Shown here piece by piece: positions 11,744-24,503 of a stretch of 64,000 bases of DNA. Below the pieces are notes generated by a model. It did not search any database. It had not been told where the DNA came from and worked only from the letters and a program-made list of their open reading frames with translations. The number at the start of each line of letters is the position of its first letter. The stretch's first letter is position 1. This DNA comes from Octopus sinensis (taxonomy: Eukaryota), in assembly GCF_006345805.1 (NCBI RefSeq), contig NC_043009.1:63364001-63428000 (forward strand), in the 5' to 3' direction. The position numbers and the translations under genes were made by a program.

Positions 11744-12355
11744 GAGAGAGAGAGAGAGAGAGAGAGAGACTGACTCTGTGTCGAAAATATGGAGGATTGA
11801 GGTTTGTTAATCGGTACGGAAAGAGACAAACAGGGCGATGTTGTAATTGTTTGTTACCCGTGTGTTTATTCTACCCAAATGTCAAGTGATTTTATGGATA
11901 AGCGACGGATAATTCAGGGTGAAGTTCAAACTGGTTCCTACTTTATTTACCATTTTATCTCGCTGATAATTTTATTTGACATTATATTTTACAAATATTT
12001 GCTTTCAGTGAGGCGTAGAAGTAAGATTAATATTTAAGTGTGAAATTTAGCGTGAACACCCAGATGAACATCGTGTATATTCCACTTGTAAGGAGACTTA
12101 GATCCTCTATTTAAACAACCTCAATAAACCAATCAGAAATGGGTTATTCCCACTGGTTGACCCCCCAACACAACATTCAGAATTTTTATTTAAAAACGAA
12201 AAGAGAGCGATGTGATTACGTTTGGGGAAACCAGATTAGACTCGAAAGTTCAAATTGTGAGGACGAGATAAAATACGGTGTTGTATTTTGGTCTTTATTT
12301 TTTCTTTAATTTAATAATATTAATTCTACGAGTCAATGGGTCGGAGTCATCGTAA

Positions 12356-12927
12356 GGCGTCGAGCTGGCAGAAACGTTAGCACGCCGGGCGAAATGCGTA
12401 GCCGCTACGTTCTGAGTTCAAATTCCGTCGAGGTCGACTTTGCCTTTCATCCTTTCGGGGCCGATTAAATAAGAAACCAGTTACGCACTGGGGTCGATAT
12501 AATCGACTTAATCCGTTTGTCTGTCCTTGTTTGTCCCTTCTGTGTTTAGCCCCTTGTGGGTAGTAAAGAAATAAGTATTTCGTCTGCCGTTACGTTCTGA
12601 GTTCAAATTCCGCCGAGGTCGACTTTGCCTTTCATCCTTTCAGGGTCGATTAAATAAGTACCAGTTACGCACTGGGGTCGATATAATCGACTTAATCCGT
12701 TTGTCTGTCCTTGTTTGTCCCCTCTGTGTTTAGCCCCTTGTGGGCAGTAAAGAAATAGGTATTTCGTCTGTCTTTACGTTCTGACTTCGAATTCCGTCGA
12801 GGTCGACTTTGCCTTTCATCCTTTCGGGATCGATAAATTAAGTACTAGTTGCGTACTGGGGTCGATCTAATCGACTGTCTTCCCCTCCACATAAATTTTG
12901 CGCCTTGTGCCTTGAGTAGAAAAAAAA
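12356..12927 (+). mobile_element. SINE type A trimer
   Basis: Units restart at GTATTTCGTCTG (12575 and 12759), a 184-bp period. Confidence 0.88.
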
Positions 12928-14640
12928 CAACAAATAGAATGAAAGTATGAGCAGGTAAACATCAGTTTAGCTCATGGCATTCGTATATTTAAGCCTAATT
13001 GCTGCAGGATTTTCCTCATTTTCTCTCCGAGGATGGAATAGACCGCTACTGCATGGATATCTTATCTACTTTTACAGGAAATGCGCCATATGTATATCTT
13101 TTCTTGAAACAGCTGTAGGGGCATGTGTACACCTTCCTACTTTTCTTTTTTATATTTCTTATGATCTACTCTGTCGCAGCAACTCAGAAATTATGTTTAA
13201 ATATTTAAATATACAAACACCATAATTTAAACTCATTCTAGTTGTTTACCTGTTCGTTATTTATTTCTACTGTATACGTAACTACTCGACGATAAACCAC
13301 CTTTGGCCATTCATTGCTAGGCAGCTATAACATCTCTGCCTTTTGTTTTTAGCCGCAGTTGGAGTCGGAGTTTTAGGTGGTAAGTCAACTTGACCATTTA
13401 TTGTATGTAACTATTTCATTACGTCATTAGACAGAATATTACGTGAACTACATGCGAACAAATATACGTTTACATACGTACGAATGTCTGTGTGCAGTTG
13501 CGCTTAGACATGTATGGATGCAGAACGCTTGTAAGAATGTGCGAACACGTGTGTGCGCATGTGCACCCAAGGTTTTCTATCTATATATATATATATGCAT
13601 TCGTAATCCAATGCATATAGCAATAATGTGCATTGCATGCGTACCGGTGTTGTGCGTATATGCACATTATTGTTCTCCAAGATGCCTTGCATACTTACAT
13701 GTAGGTGTGTGCATGTGTGAGAACGTGCGAGCAAACAGCAACTTTCTACCATTTATCTGTGCATATCTCGTAGGTCGATTTCAACACTGTGTGTGTGTGT
13801 GTGTGTGTGTGAGTGTGTGTGTGAGTGTGCGCGCGCGTGCGTGTGTGTGTGTGTGTGTAGATTTTGTTATTGTCAAGCTGTCTGCCTATCTTTGACCTTC
13901 AACCAGCCATCAGAAAGACCAACAGTCTTCCTCTGTCTTCTCGTTCTTGTTCTCTATAAACCCTCAACTCTCCACTCTTTCCTTCCTCCACCGCTCTCTC
14001 TTTCTTTCTTTCTCTCTCTCTCCTTCCCCTTTCTCACTTATTCTCTCTTCCTCTAACCACTCTCTCGCACGAATTTGCAATAACTAAACTCCTGCCATTT
14101 TCAATAATTCTTCACTATTTTTACGATCTCATATTCTGACGAGAAGGAAAAAAAAATCTTCCCGAAGAATAGCTCGGGCCAAAACATCAAAAATCTCTTC
14201 TCTAAACAACAAACTTGCAAAGCAAACTTTATGCAGCCGATAAGTGCAGAGGCAACAACTTGGCAGAGTCGTCAGAGCGTCGGAGAGAATACCTCATTGT
14301 ATTTTCTTAATCTGAGTTCAAATCCAACCGAGGCCAACTTTGCTTTTCGTTTTTACGGTTTTGATAAAAACTGTACAAGTCCAAGGTGGAGGATTGGCGA
14401 AAGTAGGACCTTCGGACCTGATCAGCTACTTGTTCCGGCTCTTTGCATTCTCACTTCAAATACGAATCTTACTAAGACTTGTTTAGAGGATAGATCTAAT
14501 CCATCCCTCGGCTCCATCATTGACACCCTTCGGGTGCCTTTAGCGAAGTTTGCTCTGTTGCATTTTCTAATCAATTGGAGTTTAACCTATGTTTATTTAC
14601 TTAACTGAAAACTACACTAGCCAGGTTCCTACATAAAGGG

Positions 14641-15030
14641 ACTGGATGGAAGCAATCCGTCGGTTACGACGACGAGGGTTCCGGTTGATCCGATCAACGG
14701 AACAGCCTGTTCGTGAAATTAACGTGTAAGTGGCTGAGCACTCCACAGACACGTGTACCCTTAACGTAGTTCTCGGGGATATTCAGCGTGACACAGAAAG
14801 TGATAAGGCCGGCCCTTTGAAATACAGGTACAACAGAAACAGGAAGTAAGAGTGAGAGAAAGTTGTGGTGAAAGAGTACAGCAGGGATCACCACCATCCC
14901 TGCCGGAGCCTCGTGGAGCTTTTAGGTGTTTTCGCTCAATAAACACTCACAACGCCCGGTCTGGGAATCGAAACCGCGATCCTACGACCGCGAGTCCGCT
15001 GCCCTAACCACTGGGCCATTGCGCCTCCAC
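14641..15030 (-). mobile_element. tRNA-headed SINE type C, full length
   Basis: Head GGAGGCGCAATGGCCCAGTGGTTAGG...GGTTTCGATTCC. Probable TSD ACATAAAGGG at 14631-14640 and 15031-15040. Confidence 0.88.
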
Positions 15031-15088
15031 ACATAAAGGGGCTATCGATAGCCTGGAGTATAATTGTCCCCTCAATTTTATATATTGG

Positions 15089-15225
15089 ACTGGACTGGAT
15101 TGCCTATGTTCACTGCAGGACGAAGGTCTTAGCATGTTTTCTCCATCCAACTACGGTCCGTGAATTTGAGCTTCATAATAACACGTGTATGATGAGCCTA
15201 CTCTGTCCCATTAGTTCGACGACAC
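15089..15225 (-). mobile_element. Probable RTE-type LINE extreme 3' end
   Basis: Minus translation ..GWRKHAKTFVLQ* resembles the RTE C-terminal W....EAFVLQW. Followed by short CCAGT tandem repeats. Confidence 0.4.
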
Positions 15226-15254
15226 AGCTTGGCAGAGAGCTACAGTTTTATATA

Positions 15255-15865
15255 CTCTTACGCAAAAGTAGTTAATCCGATTACATCAACCTCAGTGTTC
15301 GACTGGTACTTATTTTATCGTCCTCGAAAGGATGAAAGGCAAAGTCAGCTTCGGTGGAATTTGAACTCAGAACGTAACGACGGACTAAATGCCGCTAAGC
15401 ATTTTGCCCGGCGCGCTAACGATTCTGCCAACCCGCCGCTTTTCCGCCAGCTCGCATAGGTATATATTCGTCTCTACTTTAGGCACGAAGCCCGAAATTT
15501 TGGGGGAGAGGGCCAGTCGATTAGATCGACCCCAGTACGCAACTAATACTTAATTTATCGACCCCGAAAGGATGAAAGGCAAAGTCGAGCTCGGCTGAAT
15601 TTGAACTCAGGACGTAAAGACAGGCGAAATACTTATTTCTTTACTACCCACAAGGAGCTAAACACAGAGAGGGCAAACAAGGACAGACAAACGGATTAAG
15701 TCGATTATATCGATCCCAGTGCGTAACTGGTACTTATTTAATCGACTCCGAAAGGATGAAAGGCAAAGTCGACCTCGGCGGAATTTGAACACAAACCGTA
15801 AGGGCGGACGAAATGACGCTAAGCATTTCGCCCGGCGTGCTAACGTTTCTGCCAGCTCGCCGCCT
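15255..15865 (-). mobile_element. SINE type A monomer plus dimer
   Basis: Reverse complement of the type A motifs. Confidence 0.85.
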
Positions 15866-16139
15866 TACATATGTACATATTGTTTAATTTGTCCTTTTTG
15901 ATTTTGTTTTATAAGAAGGCGACACTAATCTTTTGCTGGGTACGATTGGTGGCCACAGTTTTGCAAATAAGACCTCGAATATTAAGAGTATGCAATTTTT
16001 TTTTCTCTTTCTTTTGCTCTGAATGCTGCATTGTCTGGCTTCGTATCAATATTCTGCCTCTCTGACATAAGGTGCCTGATAGATTACAGTTATCTCAAGA
16101 ACTGGTTTGGCTGGAACAACGTTGCTCCCCATATGTAGC

Positions 16140-16180
<41 letters not shown>

Positions 16181-16709
16181 CATACAATCACCGTGAGTTA
16201 ACAGCTTCGTATTGTTAATGTCTTTTAACCGTCTCTTATCTCCCAGACTTTCGCCCCTTTTTACTTCCCTAAGATTTTGTTTTATATTCTTAATATTATT
16301 TCGAGAAACATCCAGCCACCGATCGGTCTTCCTGTGTAAAGACATTCAATTTATTTTCTTTGCTAAAAATAATTCTAATTACATTCGAAAACCGGACAAA
16401 AATAGAACCACAGAAATATATAATGTCTTCTTCGCATTGCTTCAGCATCGTTTTCAATAACATGGCTGCTTTCCTTCGAAATTGATTTTCTTCATTTAAA
16501 TTTTAAATTACCTCGAGACAGATTCAAATGGATATTTCTATATCGATATTAATTCTATATCGTTATTATATTTGTTTTTCCCTTCTAACTTTCGTAATTT
16601 CCATATCAGATTACTTACTCCCCAGCCATTATTTCTCTTTTTATTATACTTCATTACTCTCTGTCTCTCTCTCTCTCTCCCCTCTCTCTGTCTCTCACTC
16701 TTTCACTCT

Positions 16710-16748
<39 letters not shown>

Positions 16749-17585
16749 AATATATATATAATAGAGAGAGAGAGAAGAAGAGAGATGAGAGAGAGAGAGA
16801 GAGACAGTGATATATATGTTTGTATATATAACATACAAACATATATATCAGTCTCCATTTTCATATCTCTCATTAGTTACAACTGTAAGAGAGAATAACT
16901 ATATACTTTTCTTGATGTCCTTAAAATAAGCTAATCGCAGTCAATACGCATTTACTCACACACCACACACACATATACACACACACACAGACACTTGCAC
17001 ATATATGTACTCACACACTCAAATACCCTCAAATACCGTAAATACACACACTCATATACGTTCGCACATATACCATTATGTAAATATAAGACATTGAGGT
17101 GAAGGGAGAAGAGATATCCTTCAATATCCTTTCTTTTGGAGATTTTCAAAGTGTAAATTGGTGAGATAAGCAAACATAGTGATGACAGCAAACGAGGGTG
17201 TTGGCATGGTGCAGGTACGGTTATATTATCACTAGTAACCACGTGGCGCTGGGTTCCATCCTAATGCGCAGTAACGTGGGAGAGTACATCTTTCTGTTTT
17301 GCAAGAAGAAATTGCTAGACACAAATTATGCTGATTGATGTGTGAGTGTGTGTGTGTGTGAGTGTGTGGTGTGTGTGTGTGTGTGTGGTGTGTGTGTGTG
17401 TGTGCGGTGTGTGTGAGAGTGTGTGTGTGTGTGTGTGTAAATATTCTAAGTCGTGTTATAATAAAAGCAGTTACAGAAGATTACTCGATACTCGTTTTGT
17501 AGAGTACATATCTATTTTTCTTTATATGAATAGTGTTGACAGTGACTTCGAAGTTTCGGCCAGCTAGCCTTCATTGACAACGACA

Positions 17586-18262
<677 letters not shown>

Positions 18263-18362
18263 NNNNNNNNNNNNNNNNNNNNNNNNNNNNNNNNNNNNNN
18301 NNNNNNNNNNNNNNNNNNNNNNNNNNNNNNNNNNNNNNNNNNNNNNNNNNNNNNNNNNNNNN
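18263..18362. other. Assembly gap (100 N)
   Basis: Run of N. Confidence 1.
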
Positions 18363-18377
18363 GATGTATGTGTGCTG

Positions 18378-18408
<31 letters not shown>

Positions 18409-19191
18409 TTTTGAAGGAGAAAACTGCTCATTTATAAAGACATACAAGTTGAAGAGAACGCAGGTCTATGGAAGACTTGCCGTGTTATGTCACCCTTGAA
18501 ACCCCACTGCTCTCAACCTTGATAATTTCGCAAAAACACTCGATGTTGTATTTATCATAAGCAAACCCTTCGTTCGTGTCTCTTGTGAGGACAACCTTGC
18601 TTAAATACCCGCTTATGAGCTTCTTGCATTTTTCATCTTCTGAATCAGAAGTTTACAGTCAGAACGAATGGTTTCGGTGTGAGGCCGACAGAAGACTTTT
18701 CTATCTATTAATACATTCTGTCAACTCTTGTGCGTTCCAACGTTCAATTATGTTTCCCTACTCTTCGACTCCTTATTCCTTCTTAATGTTTCTGCAATTT
18801 ACAGAAGACTTGCCAATCTAGCACAGAAATCTTTAAAACATTCTTCGTTAGAGACACGACAATCTGGTCCTCCGTTGATCACTGAAAGTTTTCACACATG
18901 AACAATGTGTTTGTGTTTGAGTGTGCATATGTCTGTATATATAAATTATATTATATACATATATATAATATATATATATCTATATATATACTATATATAT
19001 ATATATCTATATATATATATATATATATATATCGTTGTTGTTTTTTTCTCTTTGTGTTTTCATGTTTGGAATAACTATATATACAATTGATAATATCAGA
19101 GTAATAAAGATTTTAGAAATTTTTACTACCTGTGGCCTATCGTGTAGAAAAATAAAATTAGTCAATAGACTATATATTATTCATACAAATA

Positions 19192-19323
19192 CAGTGTACA
19201 TTCGAAGACAGAAGAGGTATCCGTCATAGGATTCCTTTGACGCTAGAAGGAACAGCTAGAAGCTAATCCTTCTAGCGTGAAAGGAATCCTATGAAGGACA
19301 CATCTTATGTCTTTAAATGTACA

Positions 19324-19326
<3 letters not shown>
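19192..19326. mobile_element. 135-bp fold-back MITE, Tc1/mariner-type ends
   Basis: 60-bp inverted arms (53/60 match) beginning CAGTGTACATT, with a 15-bp spacer. TA at both flanks (19190-19191 and 19327-19328). Confidence 0.85.
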
Positions 19327-19367
<41 letters not shown>

Positions 19368-19456
19368 GCATACATACATACATACATACATACATACATA
19401 CATACATACATACATGCATACATATATGTATATACATACATACGCATGCACACATT

Positions 19457-19498
<42 letters not shown>

Positions 19499-19714
19499 CT
19501 ACGTGCTGAGATTCTTTATAGCGTTCTTCATTAGAGACATGACAATTCGGTCTCCTTTGACAGGTCAGAGACCTGTTGTTAATCACTTCTCGTATCCAGG
19601 AAACAATTATGTTCCGCATTTTCTCTTGGTATGATCAGCACACTGCAAAGTCTCTCAAACTTCCTTCAAAATACTAGCGTTGACAATTTATGGTTATCTC
19701 TGGTAGCTGCACGT

Positions 19715-19822
19715 CCGTAAGATTGCAAAAAGAACGTCTAAAAAATCTAAGCTTTCTTGGTAGGGCCCCGAAAAAATTTCTTCCTCATAAGTTGATGACC
19801 CTCTACAAAGCTCTAATAAAAT
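19715..19822 (+). mobile_element. Possible CR1/Jockey-type LINE RT C-terminal remnant
   Basis: RLKNLSFLGRAPKKFLPHKLMTLYKALI resembles the LG.L.R.......L..LYK..IRP motif. Confidence 0.4.
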
Positions 19823-20285
19823 ACTACTACTACTACTACCACCACCACAACCACCACCACCACCACCACCACTACCACTACCATTACTGCTACTTACAAA
19901 TATCCTAGACCACATGCGAACTACTTCCGCTCCAGGCATTCCGACTAATTTACAAAGATTCTTTAATAAACTTATTCTATTTGCTCTCACTAAAAACGCC
20001 CTTTGCACCAATGAAACAAGAGGCTACGAACCACACCCACACAAGTCCACCCTAGCTTATTAATGAGATACGTGTCAGTGCATTTCTCTACAGGGCTGTG
20101 GATTACTAGTGTTTGTGTGTATTTGGGCGCGTGTATGTACGTGTGTGTGTATGTATTTTCGATTTGATGTAGAGTTTCTATATACCCGAAGTGAACGTGT
20201 TAAAAGCGAAAAAGACATTCGGGTGTGTGACAAAGTGTAGGTGGAAAGAAGAGAGAGAGAGATAGAGAGAGAGAGAAAGATAGGT

Positions 20286-20316
<31 letters not shown>

Positions 20317-20914
20317 GACGGGGAGTAGTGACATGTGAATGTTTCATGGTGACACCTGTCATTATGAAAGTGTTGTATAGTTAAGAGCAAACGTGTCAGG
20401 TGCTAAGTGATCGGTACAAGAATTAAACACAACACAAACAACAGGAATTTCAACTTACACAACGCTATAATGAAGGCGCTAAATAGTAATTTGAGAGAAT
20501 TGGATGAGAGAAGGAGGCACCGACCAGTGGAAATGACACTAATTAATTGAAGAGAATCCAATAGCTGGAGAAGGTACTAATTAAGAGACGCTATGGAGAT
20601 ACTAATTAAAGGAGATGCCAGTAAATACGGACATTATCACTCCTGGCATTCAATTGGATTCTACATTCATTCATTGTATTTCTTTGGGGCTCAAATTTGA
20701 ATCTACAAATGACAGCATTTCATGAATAGGTACCATCTGACCGAAAATCTTCGAACTCTAAAGCAGTTTTCTCACTCATCTATATTTAAAAAGATTGGTA
20801 TTGAAACTTGCACTCGTCAGCACACATAAAAGTGACGTGAATATCTTGTAAGACTAGTAATTATATCAATGACTGGTAATATATATATGTATCTATATCT
20901 AAGATATAAAGATA

Positions 20915-20957
<43 letters not shown>

Positions 20958-21097
20958 ATCTATATATATATATATAGATATATATATATATATATATACT
21001 ATAATACATACATACATACATACATACATACATACATACATAATATATATATCTATATATATATATATATATCTATATATCACCATATATATCACTA

Positions 21098-21166
21098 GTC
21101 TGGGAATCGAAACCGCGATCTACGACCACCAGTCCGCTGCCCTAACCACTGAGCCATTGCGCCTCC
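21098..21166 (-). mobile_element. SINE type C head fragment
   Basis: Matches the head of 14641-15030. Confidence 0.8.
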
Positions 21167-21199
21167 ACACACACACACACACACACACACACCACATAT

Positions 21200-22381
21200 A
21201 TATATATAATAACGGTAGACTTTCAGTTTACTCAAAAAATGAAGCGACATGCTATTATTGTGATTATAAAGGCTGGGCATAGTGTTTTAGAAATATCACG
21301 AGTTTTAAAAGTTGCCAGATCTTTCGTCTACAAAGTTTGTAAGGAGCCAGAGACTGAAGGTGGAAACGTATCCCCAGTATCAAACCATAAAAAAAAAACA
21401 TTCTAAACGCTCTGAAATCATCAGAACACCTGGATTTATCCAGCAAGTTCAGCAGACCATTGATTGCAATCCCAGAAAGTCCATGAGGTCCGTTGAAAAA
21501 GGTCTCCATGTGTTAAAGGGAATAGTCAGAAATGTTGTCTACGAAGACATCAGATAATAAGTCTTATATGACGAGGAAAGGTCAATTTGTCAGAATAAGC
21601 AAAAGAAAATCACTATATCGGGACTAAAAGGCTCTTAAACAAACCGAAAAATCCAGCAGAAGAAGATTTGATTTGATTTTTCTCAAACAAGAAAAACTTC
21701 AACCAATATCAAAAAGTTAATAGAAGAAATGAAAGATGGTTATATGCAGGCCCTTCTGAAGTTCCGAGTGTTATGCTTACAAAATGTCCTGCAACTGTCG
21801 TGGTTTTAGGGGTTGTCAGCAATGAAGGGCATGTGATGCCTCCTTACTTCTTTCGACAAGGCCTTGGAGTTAACTCTGCCGCCTCCACTGAGGCCCTGGA
21901 AACAATTGTTAAGCCTTGGATAGACAGTGTATGCAATGGAAGGCCATATGTGTTTCAGTAAGACTCTGTATTATCACACATGGCCCCAGTAACACAGGAA
22001 TGGATGGCTGAAAATATTCATGATCACCCAACCCCTAACATTTGGCCTCCTAATTCCCCAGATCTCAATCCATTGGACTATTACACGTGGAGCGTTGTTG
22101 AGAGAGAGGTCAATGAACACTCCCATAACGCCAAAGATTCTTTGAAAGCTACCATAGTCAGAGTAATGTCCAAAATGAACCAGGACCACTTGATTTGAGC
22201 ATGTAGATGATTTAGATCTCATATAGAAGCAGTTGTTGAAGCTGAAGGTTGCTTTATTGAATAACATTATAGAAAAGACGGTTTATTTTTATCCTCATAG
22301 CATTTTTTGATCAAGTTATTATCTGTTACTATATATCTGTTTTTTATAAACATAAATCTCCCCTCAAATACCTTACCCACC

Positions 22382-22384
<3 letters not shown>
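21200..22384 (+). mobile_element. Tc1/mariner DD37D (maT-type) transposon, inactivated
   Basis: ATG at 21239 ([31 protein letters not shown]-like). Then FFSNKKNF (first catalytic D to N), FQ*D...37 aa...WPPNSPDLNPLD, and stop at 22262-22264. The right end ...CCCACCCTG abuts (TA)n. No left TIR seen. Confidence 0.9.
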
Positions 22385-22419
<35 letters not shown>

Positions 22420-22984
22420 CCCGACCTACACTCCAGCTGTTGGTGTAAAGCGACGCAGCGAAGAAACATTTTTAAAGACTGACACATAAAAAAAAAACGA
22501 CAATACGTCAGACACCAATGCAAACAAGTAAAGCCAGTGTAAAATACGATTTCGCACTAAATGATACAAAAGTTGTATGGGTAAGTTAAGTTTAACGAAG
22601 TTTTTTTAGTGCTGTTGATTGCAAGATTGCGATATTTCTATATAAAATGTAAAAATAGATTTTTGAAAAACGAAGTTAGTCAGCTTCTGTTACTGCTGAC
22701 TGTTGGTCATTGAAATTTTCACACATGAACCATGTGCTTGCGTTTGAGTGTGTCTATGTATGTATAAATATATATATAATATATACATACATATATATAT
22801 ATATATATATATCTAGATATATATATATATATATATATAATATATATTATTATATATAATATATATATATATATCTATATTACATATAAATATATGATAA
22901 TTGCTACTTCTTTACAGAAGAAGGCCATCTCTTCAATTAATAATACTGTCATAACTGTCATATATAAATACATGTATACATATA

Positions 22985-23207
22985 TGTTTCTTTATTACCC
23001 ACAAGGGGCTAAACATAGAAGGGACAAACAAACAAATTAAGTCGATTACATCGACCCCAGTGCGTAGCTGGTACTTAATTTATCGACCCCGAAAGGATGA
23101 AAGGCAAAGTCGACCTCGGCGGAATTTGAACTCAGAACGTAACGGCAGACGAAATACGGCTACGCATTTCGCCCGGCGTGCTAACGATTCTGCCAGCTCC
23201 GCCACCT
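22985..23207 (-). mobile_element. SINE type A with spacer segment
   Basis: Reverse complement of the type A motifs. Confidence 0.85.
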
Positions 23208-23889
23208 TAACATGTATACATATATACGCACACAAACAAGCACTCACACACACTCACACACACACATACACACACACTCAAACACACCCTTCAATACATT
23301 AATTTTTGTGGGTTTTTTTTTAAATTGCTAGTGCTTACGTATTCACATATTCTTCAAAATATTGTTTCATATACTCAACATTTGCCAGTTCCTCATAATA
23401 AATTATTGCGCACTTGGGCATCGCAGCTCCCCAGTTTTTGACAATGTAATTAATGAAAAATGAAAAAAAAATGGTTTCCTGCTCCGAGTGTGAGTGTTTT
23501 ATTCTTTCACATTTGATTGGCCAACTGAAAGGTCAGAGAAATGAGTGACTTGACGAATTGTTATCAGCAGGTTCGTGGCGAAGATTAGTTCGCAGCTAGA
23601 TTTATAAACATTGCAAAAATTGGAAATGATGACAATGAGATGACGGTGAGGTCGCCAACGACAAGAACAAGAAGAAAACAACACCACTACCACCACCACC
23701 ACCAACAGCAATGACAGCAACAACAACAACAACTGCAAGCTATCAGCAAGTATAGTTACTCAGTAGTATGACCTGCGACAAGGATCACTGCGAGTGTCCA
23801 TGTTAAACTGCTGACATCATAGCGCTGAAAGTATTGTATAACGAACCTGATACCAATGAAATATATACACACTTGCAAGCTAAGTATAT

Positions 23890-24124
23890 CGCACACACGC
23901 ACACCACACACACACACACACACACACATCCATCCATCCATACATAAATACATACATACATACATACATGCATACGTACATGCATACGTACATGCATACG
24001 TACATACATACATACATACATACATACATACATACATACATACATACATACACACATACATACATACATACATACATACATACATACATACATACATACA
24101 CACATACATACATACATACATACA

Positions 24125-24155
<31 letters not shown>

Positions 24156-24320
24156 GCAACTATATGCATGAGAATACATGTATAAAACATACAAATCTGC
24201 ACATACATACATACATACATACATACATACATACACACATATATACATACATACATACATACATACATACATACATACATACATACATACATACATACAT
24301 ACATACGTACGTATGTATGT
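23890..24320. repeat. (CATA)n tetranucleotide arrays
   Basis: Directly visible. Confidence 0.95.
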
Positions 24321-24471
24321 GAATTTATATGCTTTGTTTAAGACTTGGTACAACAATTGTTCCAATCTACATGTGGCGTTATTCACTGCTAGATTTGTTG
24401 TAAGCAAGAAACAAATTAAACTCGGTAAAGTATGAAAGCAACACACATACACACACACGCACGTATGCATA

Positions 24472-24503
<32 letters not shown>

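Noticed and set aside
13085-13125. GAAACAGCTGTA-GGGGC, identical to the 3' half of the 33268 hammerhead
   Set aside because: No CUGANGA upstream. Treated as a decayed relative, not as a ribozyme.
14960-15030. SINE heads (types A-D) as possible tRNA genes
   Set aside because: They lack a complete acceptor stem and terminator, and run directly into repeat bodies present in many copies.
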